Counted from the first letter of the stretch, positions 8,582-19,034 are shown. The stretch: 64,000 nucleotides of DNA from a bacterium (GCA_026713745.1 JAPONU010000255.1:8371-72370), one strand, 5' to 3'. Notes: generated from the sequence alone by a model not told the origin. Numbers and translations are program-made.

Positions 8582-9253
8582 TTATCCCGGCAGTCGCCGA
8601 GCTTCACCGAGCAGGACGCGCCCGAGCCGCAGCATGTTCGCGCCTTCCTTCACCGCGAGGGCCAGGTCGCTGCTGGTTCCCATGCTTCGCACCGCGAGGT
8701 CGAGATCGTCAGCGAGGCTGCGGACCTGGCGGAATTGCCGCCGCACCTCGGTGGGCGGGCCGGGAATCGCCATCGACATGAGCCCCATCGGGGCAAGTCC
8801 CAGGTCCTTGGCCTCGGCAATGAGTCGCCGCGCCGTTGCCGGGTCGCAACCTCCGCGTCCGGGCACTGGCTGCGCCGCGACCTGGATCAGGATCTCTGCG
8901 CCGGGACTGTGCCGGGCGATCTCTCCCAGCAGGCGCGGGCGATCGACGCTCTGCCAGACCGCCACATACGGCGCCAGGCGGCGAACCTTGTTGGACTGCA
9001 GGTTGCCGATGAAATGCCAGCGGACTCCGTCGAGCCCCGGAGTCTTCTCCAGTAGCTCCTGTGCGTAGTTCTCGCCCAACTCGCCGAGACCGGCAGCCAC
9101 CGCTGCGGCCGCGGTGAGTCGATCGCGCCCCTTGGTCACCGCAACGATCCTCACCACCTCGGGATCGCCACCGGCGTCGGTCACCTGCTGGCGGATTCGC
9201 CCAAGCCTCGCTCGGACCTCGTGGGTGCGGCGGTTCAGCTCGGTCTGATCCAT
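8582..9253 (-). CDS. yggS: YggS-family pyridoxal-phosphate homeostasis protein
   Basis: IVAVTKGR (PLP Lys), GENYAQEL, WHFIGNLQSNKV, GLMSM and SMGTSSDL match the YggS/PROSC family. Start at ATG MDQTELN (9253). Confidence 0.85.
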   Translation of the reverse strand: MDQTELNRRTHEVRARLGRIRQQVTDAGGDPEVVRIVAVTKGRDRLTAAAAVAAGLGELGENYAQELLEKTPGLDGVRWHFIGNLQSNKVRRLAPYVAVWQSVDRPRLLGEIARHSPGAEILIQVAAQPVPGRGGCDPATARRLIAEAKDLGLAPMGLMSMAIPGPPTEVRRQFRQVRSLADDLDLAVRSMGTSSDLALAVKEGANMLRLGRVLLGEARRLPG

Positions 9254-9906
9254 GTTGCCATGACGTGCCGGCCGGTCTCGCCGCGGGCTCGGTGGGAGTA
9301 CCAAGCGCCCGCCTCGCACGCCGTGCAACGGTCGGCCTCGATGACGTCGCCGACGTCGCTGCTCCGCAGCGCGGCACGGACCGCGGCGGGGATATCGAGG
9401 GCAGGTGTGCCCCAGGCTGTTCGCGACACCACCTCGGGACCGAATTGAGCGGCGAGGTCGTTCAGAGGCTCCCGTCCGAACTCGTAACACTCCGGATGGA
9501 TGCACGGGCCCACGTAGGCGCGGAGTTCACGACCGCCCAGTCCCCGCACAGCCGCAGCGGCCTGCTCCACGACGCCTGCGGCCAGCCCTCGCCAGCCGGC
9601 ATGAACCGCCGCAACGACACCCTCTGCGGCAACAAGGGCCACCGGCGCACAGTCGGCGGTCCTGATTGCCAGCACCGCTTCGCTCGCCGAGGTGACCGCG
9701 GCATCGCCGGCCACTCCGTCGCCACCGCCGGGCGCGGTCACCGTCACGACTGCCGCTCCGTGCTGCTGGGCCGGGCGCGTCCAGCGGCCAGTCGCCACCG
9801 ACGCCAGTTGTGCCCGCGAACCCTCACCGAAGTCGCCCTCGCGCCGGTCGCTGAATCTGATCTCCGCGCGGCGGGCGCCGTTCAACTCAACGGTCAGCGC
9901 CAACAC
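9235..9906 (-). CDS. pgeF: Peptidoglycan editing factor PgeF (YfiH/DUF152 laccase-domain protein)
   Basis: RTADCAPV, VAAVHAGWRG and the Cys-His pattern in GPCIHPECYEF match the family, as does the conserved location downstream of ftsZ. GTG 9906 lies 13 nt after the ftsZ stop. Confidence 0.8.
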   Translation of the reverse strand: MLALTVELNGARRAEIRFSDRREGDFGEGSRAQLASVATGRWTRPAQQHGAAVVTVTAPGGGDGVAGDAAVTSASEAVLAIRTADCAPVALVAAEGVVAAVHAGWRGLAAGVVEQAAAAVRGLGGRELRAYVGPCIHPECYEFGREPLNDLAAQFGPEVVSRTAWGTPALDIPAAVRAALRSSDVGDVIEADRCTACEAGAWYSHRARGETGRHVMATWIRPS

Positions 9907-9919
9907 GGGCGAATCCGTA

Positions 9920-11002
9920 TCACCGCAGGAACGACGGGATGTCCAACTCCAGATCGCCCGCCGGCTCGCTGTTGGCTTCACCGCTCTCAGCGAACGGGTC
10001 CGGCAGGCTGTGTCGCGCCGAGGCTGCACCCTCCGCGCGCTGGGACGACGACTCCTCCCAGCGATCGAAACCGGCGGCGATCACCGTCACCCGCATCGAT
10101 TCGCCGAGCGACTCGTCGATGACGGTGCCGAAGATGATGTTGGCATCCTCGTGAGAGACCCCACCGATCACCTCGGCGGCCTGGGTCACCTCGAGGAGGC
10201 CCATCTCCTTGCTGCCCGAGATTGTGAGCAACAGACCTCGTGCACCCTCGATGGAGGATTCCAGCAGGGGGCTGGCAATTGCCTTGCGAGCCGCGCTGGC
10301 TGCACGATCTTCACCCGAGGAGGTGCCGACGCCCATGAGCGCCGAGCCGGCGTCGGACAGCACCGCCCGCACGTCCGCGAAGTCGGTGTTGATGAGTCCG
10401 GGGGTCGTGATCAGATCGGTGATCCCCTGCACGCCCTGCAGCAGCACGTCGTCCGCCATCTGGAAGGCGTTCAACAGGCTCGTGTTCTCCGACACCTCGT
10501 TGAGGAGACGGTCATTCGGGATCACAATCTGGGTGTCGACCTTCTCACTGAGGCGCTGGATGCCCTGTTCTGCCTGCAGCGCCCGCTTGCGTCCCTCGAA
10601 CCGGAACGGCCGGGTCACAACGGCAATCGTCAAGGCCCCGAGGTCGCGTGCGATCTCGGCAATGACGGGTGCGCCACCCGTGCCGGTTCCGCCCCCCTCG
10701 CCGGCGGTGATGAATACCATGTCAGCCCCGTCGAGCGCCTCGCGCAACTGCTCTGCCGCCGAGTTTGCCGCCGTCTCGCCGATGTCCGGATCGCTGCCGG
10801 CACCCAGACCGCGGGTGAGATCGCGGCCGATGTCGATCTTGATGTCGGCATCGCTCATCAGCAGGGTCTGAGCGTCGGTGTTGACGGCCACGAACTCGAC
10901 ACCGCGCAGGCCCGCTTCGATCATGCGGTTCACGGCGTTCACGCCACCGCCGCCGACGCCGACGACCTTGATGACTGCCAGGTATTGATGTGGGGTGCTC
11001 AC
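9920..11002 (-). CDS. ftsZ: Cell division GTPase FtsZ
   Basis: [36 protein letters not shown] (tubulin signature), NDRLL and the C-terminal peptide DIPSFLR. Start at GTG 11002 (VSTPHQY). Confidence 0.97.
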   Translation of the reverse strand: MSTPHQYLAVIKVVGVGGGGVNAVNRMIEAGLRGVEFVAVNTDAQTLLMSDADIKIDIGRDLTRGLGAGSDPDIGETAANSAAEQLREALDGADMVFITAGEGGGTGTGGAPVIAEIARDLGALTIAVVTRPFRFEGRKRALQAEQGIQRLSEKVDTQIVIPNDRLLNEVSENTSLLNAFQMADDVLLQGVQGITDLITTPGLINTDFADVRAVLSDAGSALMGVGTSSGEDRAASAARKAIASPLLESSIEGARGLLLTISGSKEMGLLEVTQAAEVIGGVSHEDANIIFGTVIDESLGESMRVTVIAAGFDRWEESSSQRAEGAASARHSLPDPFAESGEANSEPAGDLELDIPSFLR

Positions 11003-11144
11003 GGGATCCTCCCGGGATTTCTGCGGCTCGGGCCGCATGTTGCTGGTTCGGTGTTGCCTGTTTGTCTGCAAGCCCGCAAGGCAACCGCGGAGCAATATAA
11101 AGCTCTACTTGAGCCTTATATCAGCCTCTGGTACAACGGGAAGT

Positions 11145-11936
11145 CTACTGACATGGAATCCGTCGCGTCAACACCGGACTACCCGGTAAACGGACATCCA
11201 GAGTGTCCAGACAGCGCAGGTTCACGTGCTCGATGAAGGTGTGCACGGCGAGGACCTTTGCGTCGATTGCGGTGGCATCGCCCAGCAACACTCGGCCAGG
11301 AATATGCAGGTGCAATACGTAACCCGCGGGGCCCAGTGCAATGCCTCGAACCGCTGAACGGACGGGTTCATAGAGTGCATTTGCCACACCCACCGCTGCG
11401 CGCTGATCGGCGCTCAACCAGTCTCCGGGGGCGGCTTGCGCCACGTTCAGTCCGACGATCGGTAGCACTGCTTCGGAGAGTTCGGACTCAAGGGAGAGCA
11501 CTCGACCATTCTCCTCCACGAGAGCCCACGCACCGGGTATTGCCATCGCCGCGACCGGTGATCTTTCCGTCACGGTGAAGCTGACGACACCGTTCCAGGA
11601 CCTCGTCGAGTACACGTCCTCCACCCACGGCAGCCGGGAGATGCGGGTGCGGGCATCTCTGAGGTCGAGGCCCACGAGTGGTTCACCTGTCCGGATGCCC
11701 GCTGCGTCGATGATCTCCGAGGCGCCCGTTCTGGTAGCTCCGTTCACTTCCAGCCTGTCCACGTCGAGCAGCTCGCTCCTGGTGCTCAGGTAGCCGCACA
11801 GCAGCGCGAAGGCGACTGCCAGCGCGATCCACAGGAAGCGTCGCCGTCGGGTGTCCTTGGCTCGTGTAGCCGCATCCACCGTCGCACGACGCTGCGCGAT
11901 ACGTGGGTGGGGAAGGCTTGGTGCGTGGACTGTCAT
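11145..11936 (-). CDS. ftsQ: Cell division protein FtsQ (POTRA domain)
   Basis: Basic N-terminus, a single TM (FLWIALAVAFALLCGYL), then a POTRA-like LDVDRLEVNGATRTGASEIIDAAGI. The ATG at 11936 overlaps the murB stop (ATGA). Confidence 0.8.
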   Translation of the reverse strand: MTVHAPSLPHPRIAQRRATVDAATRAKDTRRRRFLWIALAVAFALLCGYLSTRSELLDVDRLEVNGATRTGASEIIDAAGIRTGEPLVGLDLRDARTRISRLPWVEDVYSTRSWNGVVSFTVTERSPVAAMAIPGAWALVEENGRVLSLESELSEAVLPIVGLNVAQAAPGDWLSADQRAAVGVANALYEPVRSAVRGIALGPAGYVLHLHIPGRVLLGDATAIDAKVLAVHTFIEHVNLRCLDTLDVRLPGSPVLTRRIPCQ

Positions 11937-12895
11937 CGTTGGCTCCGGAATGGCTGATCGAACCCCACGAAATGGGTCTCGGGGAGAAGTCGAATCCCGC
12001 TGTGCGACTCCACTCGGCGTGCGACCTCGACCATGAGGGACATCACATCGTCGGCAGAACCGCCCGGGTCGGCCTGGATGAAATTGGCGTGAAGAGCCGA
12101 CACCGAGGCCGAGCCCATCCGGAGGCCCTTGCCCCCTGCGTCCTCGACAAGGCGCCCTGCAGAGTCTCCGGGCGGGTTCGTGAACACCGACCCCGTGTTG
12201 GCGCCGCCGGGTTGATTGTGCCGGCGCCATGTGACGACCTCGCCAATGAGGTGCTCCTCACGTTCTCGGTTGCTTGGTTGCAGATGTAGCTCAACCTCAA
12301 CTACAACGTGAGTGCTAGTGACAGCTGAGCTGCGATACGTCAGCCCAAGGGTCTCGAGACCCGCACGCCAGTCCTTCCCGGTTGCGAGATCCACGATGTC
12401 TGCGCTCCGGAGGACCTCGCTCATCTCCGAACCGTGGCCGCCGGCATTCATGCGGACTGCGCCGCCGACACTCCCCGGAACACCGACGGCCCAGCTGAAC
12501 CCGCCCAATCCGGCTGCGGCGCACTGGCGCGCCACCACGGGCAACGGTGTCGCCCCACCGACGTGGACTCTCGTGTGTTCGATCCGGGTGATTGCGAATG
12601 CCGTGCCGAGCCGGATGGCCACGCCGTCGAATCCGGCATCGGCGACGAGCAGGTTGGAGCCGAGTCCTACGACAACCACCTCCCAACCTTCACGGGCCAC
12701 GGTTCGGGCAAGGGTGCGCAAATCACCAGCGGTGCCCACCTCCACGAGCACGCCGGCGGTTCCCCCGACCCGGTACGTGCTCAACGCTCCAAGGGGCGCG
12801 TCGGGGAGAACCCTGCTCCCGGGCAACTCGGTAGCGAGTGACTCTGCAATGCGCGGCCAGTCATGCACGCCTCGGGACGTTCGCTCGATGCTCAT
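11933..12895 (-). CDS. murB: UDP-N-acetylenolpyruvoylglucosamine reductase
   Basis: LSTYRVGGTAGVLVEV, VVGLGSNLLV, GVPGSVGGAVRMNAGGHG and GSVFTNP are MurB FAD-domain and catalytic motifs. Confidence 0.9.
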   Translation of the reverse strand: MSIERTSRGVHDWPRIAESLATELPGSRVLPDAPLGALSTYRVGGTAGVLVEVGTAGDLRTLARTVAREGWEVVVVGLGSNLLVADAGFDGVAIRLGTAFAITRIEHTRVHVGGATPLPVVARQCAAAGLGGFSWAVGVPGSVGGAVRMNAGGHGSEMSEVLRSADIVDLATGKDWRAGLETLGLTYRSSAVTSTHVVVEVELHLQPSNREREEHLIGEVVTWRRHNQPGGANTGSVFTNPPGDSAGRLVEDAGGKGLRMGSASVSALHANFIQADPGGSADDVMSLMVEVARRVESHSGIRLLPETHFVGFDQPFRSQR

Positions 12896-14304
12896 GATCC
12901 GAGGGCGCCGATCAGTTCGGCCGGAAGTGTCGTCAGGTCGCCCGCGTTCAGAGTCAGGCAGACATCGCCCGGCCGCAGCTCTCGCTCCAGGTAGCCCAGC
13001 AGCTCGCGCCGGTGCGGGAACCAGGCAACCCGCTTGTACGGCTCTGCGGTGAGCACCGAGTCCACGAGCAACTTGCCGCTGATTCCTGGTCGCGCCTGCT
13101 CACCTGCGGCGTAGACGTCGGTGAACACGACCAGATCGGCGGCAGCGAATGCCGTCCCGAAGTCGCGCCACAGTGTTGCGGTGCGGGTGTAACGATGGGG
13201 CTGGTACACGCACACGATCCGCCCCCAACCCCCGTCGCGGGCCGTCGCCAGTGCCGCTGCCACTTCACCGGGCAGATGCGCGTAGTCATCGACGAACGTG
13301 ACACCTCCGGCGCTGCCCCTGAATTCGTACCTGCGGGACACCCCTCCGTAGTGCGCCAGAATCTCGGCACTGCGCGACAACGGCACGCCGAGATGGTCCG
13401 CACACGTCATTGCCGCAGCGGCATTGAGCGCGTTGTGCAACCCGGGCACCGGCAGCTTCACGCATACGGTGTCCCCTTCGCGGCGATCCAGCGTGAATTC
13501 CACGCCCGTCCGCCCCGAGACCACATCGACCAGCCGGAGATCGGCCGCGGCGGCGGTGCCGTATCCGACCACTCCCTGGTGCCGCTCGGCGAACCGGCTC
13601 CCCCAGGAGTCCTCCAGGCAGACCAACCGGAAACCTTGGACTCCTGCCAGGAACTCGTCGAACGCCTCGTGCAGACCTTCGACGCTCCCGTACCGCTCAA
13701 GGTGGTCGGGCTCGACGCTGGTGACCACCGCTGCCTCCGGTTCGAGTTGCAGGAAGGTGCCGTCGCTCTCGTCAGCCTCCACGACGAGCCAATCGCCCGT
13801 TCCCCACACCGCTCCGCTGCCGATCTCGTTGACATCACCGCCGACGAGGAACGAAGGCCGGCAGCCGGACTCGCCGAGAATCAGCGACAACATGGACGAG
13901 GTCGTCGTCTTGCCGTGCGTGCCGGCAACAGCCAACGGCCGCCGCAACCGGCAGACGGCGGCCAGGATGGCAGCCCGGGAACACACCGGGATACCGGAGC
14001 GGCGTGCCGCGAGGATCTCCACGTTGCCGTCACCCACGGCACTGGAACGCGCCACGAGGTCGGGCAGTCGTCCCCCCGGCAGGTCGGCGCCGGTCGTGGC
14101 GGGTTCGAGAACGTGCTCGGCGCGGTGGCCCACGACCACCCCCAGCCCGCGGGCTCGGAGACGCTCGAAGGCCACCGAGGCCTTGAGGTCCGAGCCTGTG
14201 ACCACGTGTCCTGCATCGGCGAGCACGCTGGCGATGGCGCTCATTCCCGCGCCCCCGACACCCACCACGTGGATATGTCGCATCCTCTCGAGCGAAATGC
14301 TCAT
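12892..14304 (-). CDS. murC: UDP-N-acetylmuramate--L-alanine ligase
   Basis: HVVGVGGAGMSAIASVL, GTHGKTTTSSM, VVEADESDG, NALNAAAA and DDYAHLP are Mur ligase motifs in the MurC arrangement. Confidence 0.93.
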   Translation of the reverse strand: MSISLERMRHIHVVGVGGAGMSAIASVLADAGHVVTGSDLKASVAFERLRARGLGVVVGHRAEHVLEPATTGADLPGGRLPDLVARSSAVGDGNVEILAARRSGIPVCSRAAILAAVCRLRRPLAVAGTHGKTTTSSMLSLILGESGCRPSFLVGGDVNEIGSGAVWGTGDWLVVEADESDGTFLQLEPEAAVVTSVEPDHLERYGSVEGLHEAFDEFLAGVQGFRLVCLEDSWGSRFAERHQGVVGYGTAAAADLRLVDVVSGRTGVEFTLDRREGDTVCVKLPVPGLHNALNAAAAMTCADHLGVPLSRSAEILAHYGGVSRRYEFRGSAGGVTFVDDYAHLPGEVAAALATARDGGWGRIVCVYQPHRYTRTATLWRDFGTAFAAADLVVFTDVYAAGEQARPGISGKLLVDSVLTAEPYKRVAWFPHRRELLGYLERELRPGDVCLTLNAGDLTTLPAELIGALGS

Positions 14305-15479
14305 GTCCCCGCACCCTCACCGGCGGCGGACAGTAGGAGTCCCGCGACCCGCCGCGCGGCGCCCGGCTCGCCGAGGCCGGCAGCCGCCTCGTGCATCCGG
14401 TCCAGCGAGTCCGGATCTGCGAGAAGGTCGGAGATCGTTTCCGCCAGCCGCGGACCGTCGAGTTCGGATTCCGGTATCGCGACGGCCGCACCGGCGGCGG
14501 CCACTGCTGCTGCGTTGGCGGTCTGGTGATCGTCGGCAGCGCCTGGCATCGGGACGAGCACCGAGGCGCGGCCGGCCATCGCCAACTCCGCCAGTGCGCT
14601 GCCTCCGGCACGGCTGACAACAAGGTCGGCTGCCGCCAGCGCCCCGGCCATGTCGTGCTCGTACGGAACGGCTTCGTAGTGGAGTCCCGATCCGGGATCC
14701 CGATCGGGTGCAGGTCGTTTCAAACCCGCACCAGCGCGCCCAAGGACGTGGCGCACCGCGAGGTCGGCGCGATCTGCAAGAAGGTCGCACGCCTGCCTGG
14801 CAGCCGCATTGAGGTGGCCTGAACCCTGCGAACCCCCCGTCACCAACACCAACCGCCGACCGTCGGAGACGCCGAGAGCGGCGCGAGCCGCCGCGCGGCC
14901 GTTGCCGGGGGTCGCCTGGTCGCCGGAACTCGGGTGGAGTGTGGCGATGGCGGCGCGCACCGGCAGCCCCGTCGGCACCGCTCGGCCAAGCCGTGCGCTC
15001 TCGAACGCCACCGCACAGGCCACAGCCCAGCGGGCAGCGAGGCGGTTGGCGGCGCCGGGTACGGCGTTGGCCTCGAGCACGACCACCGGGATGCCGCGCA
15101 GGCGTGCGGCAAGGGCACAGGCTGCGCTGACGTAGCCGCCCTGAGCCAGCACGACTCGCGGAGAGGTGTGACCGAGAACCCGCCAGCACTGCCAGACGCC
15201 CTGTGCCAGCGCACAGGCCGAAACCAGGTTTGCCGCGGTGAGGCGCCGGCGGAAACCTCGGGCGCTGACCGCCGTGGCGGCGTATCCGGCGGCGGCGACG
15301 ATCTCCGAATCCAGATCTCGCCGGCTCACCACGAAGTGGACAGGCCGCGCCGAGGAGGTGTCGCCGGCCAGCACATCGGCGACCGCCAAGCCGGGATAGA
15401 CGTGCCCTCCCGTTCCCCCGCCCGCGATCACCGCCCAGGCATGCCGGTCACTGAACGCCGGGTCGCCTCGGTTGCTCAT
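14301..15479 (-). CDS. murG: UDP-GlcNAc:lipid I GlcNAc transferase
   Basis: AGGGTGGHVYPGLAVA, VTGGSQGS and DDHQTANA. The ATG at 15479 overlaps the ftsW stop (ATGA); the ORF-track extension is discarded. Confidence 0.9.
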   Translation of the reverse strand: MSNRGDPAFSDRHAWAVIAGGGTGGHVYPGLAVADVLAGDTSSARPVHFVVSRRDLDSEIVAAAGYAATAVSARGFRRRLTAANLVSACALAQGVWQCWRVLGHTSPRVVLAQGGYVSAACALAARLRGIPVVVLEANAVPGAANRLAARWAVACAVAFESARLGRAVPTGLPVRAAIATLHPSSGDQATPGNGRAAARAALGVSDGRRLVLVTGGSQGSGHLNAAARQACDLLADRADLAVRHVLGRAGAGLKRPAPDRDPGSGLHYEAVPYEHDMAGALAAADLVVSRAGGSALAELAMAGRASVLVPMPGAADDHQTANAAAVAAAGAAVAIPESELDGPRLAETISDLLADPDSLDRMHEAAAGLGEPGAARRVAGLLLSAAGEGAGT

Positions 15480-16651
15480 GACGCCCGTCCCTGGCGCGCC
15501 ACGTTCATGAGGATGCCCGCAGCGGCCATGTTCACGATGAGGCTCGAACCGCCGTAGGAGACGAACGGCAGCGTCACCCCCATGGTTGGCATCAGACTCT
15601 GGGCAACCGCGATGTTGACGAAGGCCTGCAGCACGAACCACCCGCTGATCCCTGCTGCCAGGAACGCTCCGTAGGGGTCGGGTGCGTCACGGACGACGCG
15701 GATTCCCAGAATCCCCAGAGCCAAGAACAGCACGACCACCACGACGGCACCGATCAGCCCCAGATTCTCGGCGATCGTCACGAATATGAAGTCGGTGTGC
15801 GCGTAGGGCACATACGCCAGATTGGCGCGCGCCCCTCCCGGTCCGACCCCCGTCAGTCCGCCCGAGGCGATCCCCACCTGCGCCTGCACGGCCTGGTATC
15901 CCGCCCCGTAGGGATCCGACCAGGGATTCAGGAACGAGATGAGACGCTGGCGCCGGTACGGGAACAAGAAGGTGAACAGCACGACTGCACCTACACCCAG
16001 CGCCACGAGCGTCGCCACGTGTCGCGCAGGCAGACCCGCCAGGAACAACATCGCCAGCAGGATCCCCCCGAGGAGCACGACAGTGCCCAGGCTCGGCTGG
16101 GCCAGGATCAGCGCGGCCATGACCCCGAACACCACCAGCAGCGGCAACAACGTCTCACCGATGCTCCCCACGCGGTCCAGGCGCCGCGACAGCAGCGACG
16201 CGGCAAAGAGAACCAGGGCCAGCTTCGCCGCCTCGGAGGGCTGGACCACAATGCCCCCCACCCGGATCCAGCGTGCAGATCCGTTACTGACCTGCACGAA
16301 CGGCGAGGGCATCAGCAGGACGGCCAGTGCACCGAGGGTCACCAGGATCGCTCCGGTAGTGAGGAACGGCGCCCGCCAGCGGTGGTAGTCCACACGAAGG
16401 GTCACGACGCAGGCGACGACGCCGAGTGACAGCCACATGGCGTGCCGCTTCACGTGGAAGAAGGGATCGCCCGTGGTCTCCAGCGACGGGACCGTCGAGG
16501 ACAGAACCACCATCACGAGACCAAGCAGGGTCACGAGCCCCAGGACGACCGCCAACGCTCCGAAAGTGCGCGTGTTGCGCCCGACCGGCGGACTCCGCAA
16601 CGCACGGACCAGCGGTGCGCGACGCGTGCGGTCGGGCACTGTGGCGGTCAT
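15476..16651 (-). CDS. ftsW: FtsW/RodA/SpoVE-family (SEDS) peptidoglycan glycosyltransferase / lipid II flippase
   Basis: About 10 TM segments. QPSEAAKLALVLF, HTDFIFVTIAENLGLIG and LPFVSYGGSSL are SEDS signatures. Confidence 0.9.
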   Translation of the reverse strand: MTATVPDRTRRAPLVRALRSPPVGRNTRTFGALAVVLGLVTLLGLVMVVLSSTVPSLETTGDPFFHVKRHAMWLSLGVVACVVTLRVDYHRWRAPFLTTGAILVTLGALAVLLMPSPFVQVSNGSARWIRVGGIVVQPSEAAKLALVLFAASLLSRRLDRVGSIGETLLPLLVVFGVMAALILAQPSLGTVVLLGGILLAMLFLAGLPARHVATLVALGVGAVVLFTFLFPYRRQRLISFLNPWSDPYGAGYQAVQAQVGIASGGLTGVGPGGARANLAYVPYAHTDFIFVTIAENLGLIGAVVVVVLFLALGILGIRVVRDAPDPYGAFLAAGISGWFVLQAFVNIAVAQSLMPTMGVTLPFVSYGGSSLIVNMAAAGILMNVARQGRAS

Positions 16652-17979
16652 CGCGGTGCCCCCTCCCCGACTGCGCAGCGCACCAGGGCGGCGAAGTGCT
16701 CACCTCGCTGGCGATAGGAGTCGTACCAATCGAAGGAGGTGCAGCCCGGCGACAGCAGGATCGCCTCCCCCGGCAGTGCCATGTCTCCTGCCACCGAGAC
16801 GGCCGTCTCCATGTCCGTCACCGGTTGGACCCGGCGTGATCCGGCGAACGCAGCGCGGACCTCTCCGGATGCCTCACCGATCGCCACGACGGCGCGCACA
16901 GACGGCGCGCTCGCCATGGTCTGCAGGTCCAGGCCCTTGTTGCGCCCACCGGCAATGAGAACCACCGAATCGAATCCGCCGGCGGCCGCGAGCACCGCGT
17001 CGGGAGTCGTCGCCTTCGAGTCGTCGTACCAGCGGTTCGTTTCGGTCTCCGCCACCAGTTCCAGCCGGTGTGGCAGGCCGCGGAAGGACTCGAGGGCAGC
17101 GCGCACATCCTCGGGAGGAGCACCGGCAGCCACCGCGCAGGCCGTGGCCGCCTCGGCGTTTCGCAGGTCATGAGGGAACCGTCTCGGCAGCTCTGCGATC
17201 TGAACGAGCGGCTCGCCGCAGACCACGAGCGAATCGCCGGCCACCGCAACATCGCTCGCCGGCGCCCCGAAGGTCAACAGCCTGCCTGTCGCCGGGCGCC
17301 GAGCCGCCACGACCGGATCCCCGGCGTTCAGGACGGCCACATCGTTGGGGCCGAGGTGCCTCCAGATGCGGGCCTTGGCCTCCTCGTAGGTCTCCAGCGA
17401 TGCGTGCACGTCCAGATGATCCGGGGCGAAATTCAACCAGGCCGCAACCCGCGGCCGGAAGCACCGGCTCCGGCTCAGCCGGAATGAGGAGGCCTCGGCC
17501 ACGAACACGGCTGGGGAGGGGTCGTCGATGGCGCTCACGAGCGGCAGGTCGTTGTTGCCCGCAGCGACTGCCCCGGTGCTCGGAGCCAGCGCCGCGGCAA
17601 CCAGGGTCGTCACGGTCGTCTTGCCGTTCGTCCCGGTGACGGCCACGACCGGACGGTCGTCCCAGGCCGCCGCCAGGTCGAACTCACTGAGCACAACGGC
17701 GTCCCCCTTGGCCGCGGCTTGCATCGCCCGGTGACGGTCCGGGAGGCCGGGCGTGGGCAGGAAGCTGCCGCAACGCTCGATCAGGCCGGTGAGTTCGCTG
17801 TCGTCCGGTGGCGACTGCAACACCCCGCCGGCCTCGGAGGCGGCCCGCCGGGAGCCCGCGGCGGGTGCGTCGTCGACGGCGATGAACTCCCGGCCGCGCC
17901 GGTGCAGTGCCGCTGCGACCGCCCGGTTGGTGGCTCCCATGCCCCAGAGCAGGAACGGACCTTCGGGCCAGGTGGTCAC
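16648..17979 (-). CDS. murD: UDP-N-acetylmuramoylalanine--D-glutamate ligase
   Basis: VAVTGTNGKTTVTTL, RNAEAATA, PHRLELV and DDSKATTPDA are MurD motifs. The GTG at 17979 overlaps the mraY stop (GTGA); the 122-codon ORF-track extension lies inside mraY. Confidence 0.9.
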   Translation of the reverse strand: MTTWPEGPFLLWGMGATNRAVAAALHRRGREFIAVDDAPAAGSRRAASEAGGVLQSPPDDSELTGLIERCGSFLPTPGLPDRHRAMQAAAKGDAVVLSEFDLAAAWDDRPVVAVTGTNGKTTVTTLVAAALAPSTGAVAAGNNDLPLVSAIDDPSPAVFVAEASSFRLSRSRCFRPRVAAWLNFAPDHLDVHASLETYEEAKARIWRHLGPNDVAVLNAGDPVVAARRPATGRLLTFGAPASDVAVAGDSLVVCGEPLVQIAELPRRFPHDLRNAEAATACAVAAGAPPEDVRAALESFRGLPHRLELVAETETNRWYDDSKATTPDAVLAAAGGFDSVVLIAGGRNKGLDLQTMASAPSVRAVVAIGEASGEVRAAFAGSRRVQPVTDMETAVSVAGDMALPGEAILLSPGCTSFDWYDSYRQRGEHFAALVRCAVGEGAPR

Positions 17980-19034
17980 GGCGACCCCTCCGCGGCGGAA
18001 TTCGCCTCCAGCAGCGGGAAGTAGTCCGCGTAGAACAGTCCCAGGGCCACCGCGGTGGCGAATCCGGCGAGCAGCCAGAACCGTACGATGACCCAGGTCT
18101 CGTGCCAGCCGCGCTGCTCGAAGTGATGATGGATCGGTGCCATCGCGAACAGGCGCCGTCCCCCCATCGACCTGAACACCCCGATCTGCAGGATCACCGA
18201 CAGGGCTTCCATCACGAAGAGCGCCGCCATGATCGGAAGCAGAAGGTGGGTGTTGGTGGTGAGGGCCAGGCAGGCCAGGGCGGTCCCGATGCCCAGTGCT
18301 CCGGCGTCGCCCATGATGATCTGGGCCGGTGCGGCGTTCCACCACAGGAATCCGATGCAGCCACCCAGCATCGCGGCTCCGACGACGGCCAGATCCAGGG
18401 CGTGGGGCAGGTCGTAGAGATCAACGTGCCGGAATGCCCAGTAGCCGATGATCGTGAACGCGGCGAAGTTGAAGATGCTCGATCCCGCGGCCAGACCGTC
18501 CAAGCCGTCTGTGAAGTTCACCGCGTTGGACGCACCCACGATGATCAGCACCCCCCAGAAGCTCCAACCCACCGGGCCCATGTCCCAGCCGATGCCACCC
18601 GAACGTGTGAACGACAACTCGGTGCTGACGTCGGTCGCCAGGACTGTCACCGCGGCGAACCCACCGCCCACGGTGCACAGTCCCAGCATCTTGGCGCGCT
18701 TGCTGAGGCCCTTGCTGTGCGCGCGGGACACCTTCAGCCAGTCGTCGACGGCCCCCACCGCAGTGGCCCCCAGGATGGCCAACATCACGAACAGCCCCGT
18801 CCGGGTGAAGATGCCGCCGTGGATGAAGTCGCTCCCGGCATAGCCGGCGCAGGCGCCGCCGACGATGGCGAGGCCGCCCATCGTCGGCGTGCCCTCCTTG
18901 CGGGTATGGGACTCCGGACCGTCACTGCGGATCGGCTGGGTGAGGTTCCGCGCCCGGAAGAAGGCGATCAGCAGTCGTGTCCCCGCCAGGGACACGACGG
19001 CGGCGATGGCGGCGGCGAGCAGGAGCCTGATCAC
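17976..19034 (-). CDS. mraY: Phospho-N-acetylmuramoyl-pentapeptide transferase
   Basis: KEGTPTMGG, VGAVDDWLKV, NAVNFTDGLDGLA and APIHHHFE. Confidence 0.95.
   Translation of the reverse strand: MIRLLLAAAIAAVVSLAGTRLLIAFFRARNLTQPIRSDGPESHTRKEGTPTMGGLAIVGGACAGYAGSDFIHGGIFTRTGLFVMLAILGATAVGAVDDWLKVSRAHSKGLSKRAKMLGLCTVGGGFAAVTVLATDVSTELSFTRSGGIGWDMGPVGWSFWGVLIIVGASNAVNFTDGLDGLAAGSSIFNFAAFTIIGYWAFRHVDLYDLPHALDLAVVGAAMLGGCIGFLWWNAAPAQIIMGDAGALGIGTALACLALTTNTHLLLPIMAALFVMEALSVILQIGVFRSMGGRRLFAMAPIHHHFEQRGWHETWVIVRFWLLAGFATAVALGLFYADYFPLLEANSAAEGSP

Noticed and set aside
7496-9055. 519-aa plus-strand ORF across yggT, sepF and yggS
   Set aside because: It is antisense to three recognisable dcw genes, and it has no motifs and an Arg/His/Gly-rich composition.
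9692-11236. 514-aa plus-strand ORF opposite ftsZ
   Set aside because: It is antisense to ftsZ, whose identity is unambiguous. This is a GC-driven open frame.
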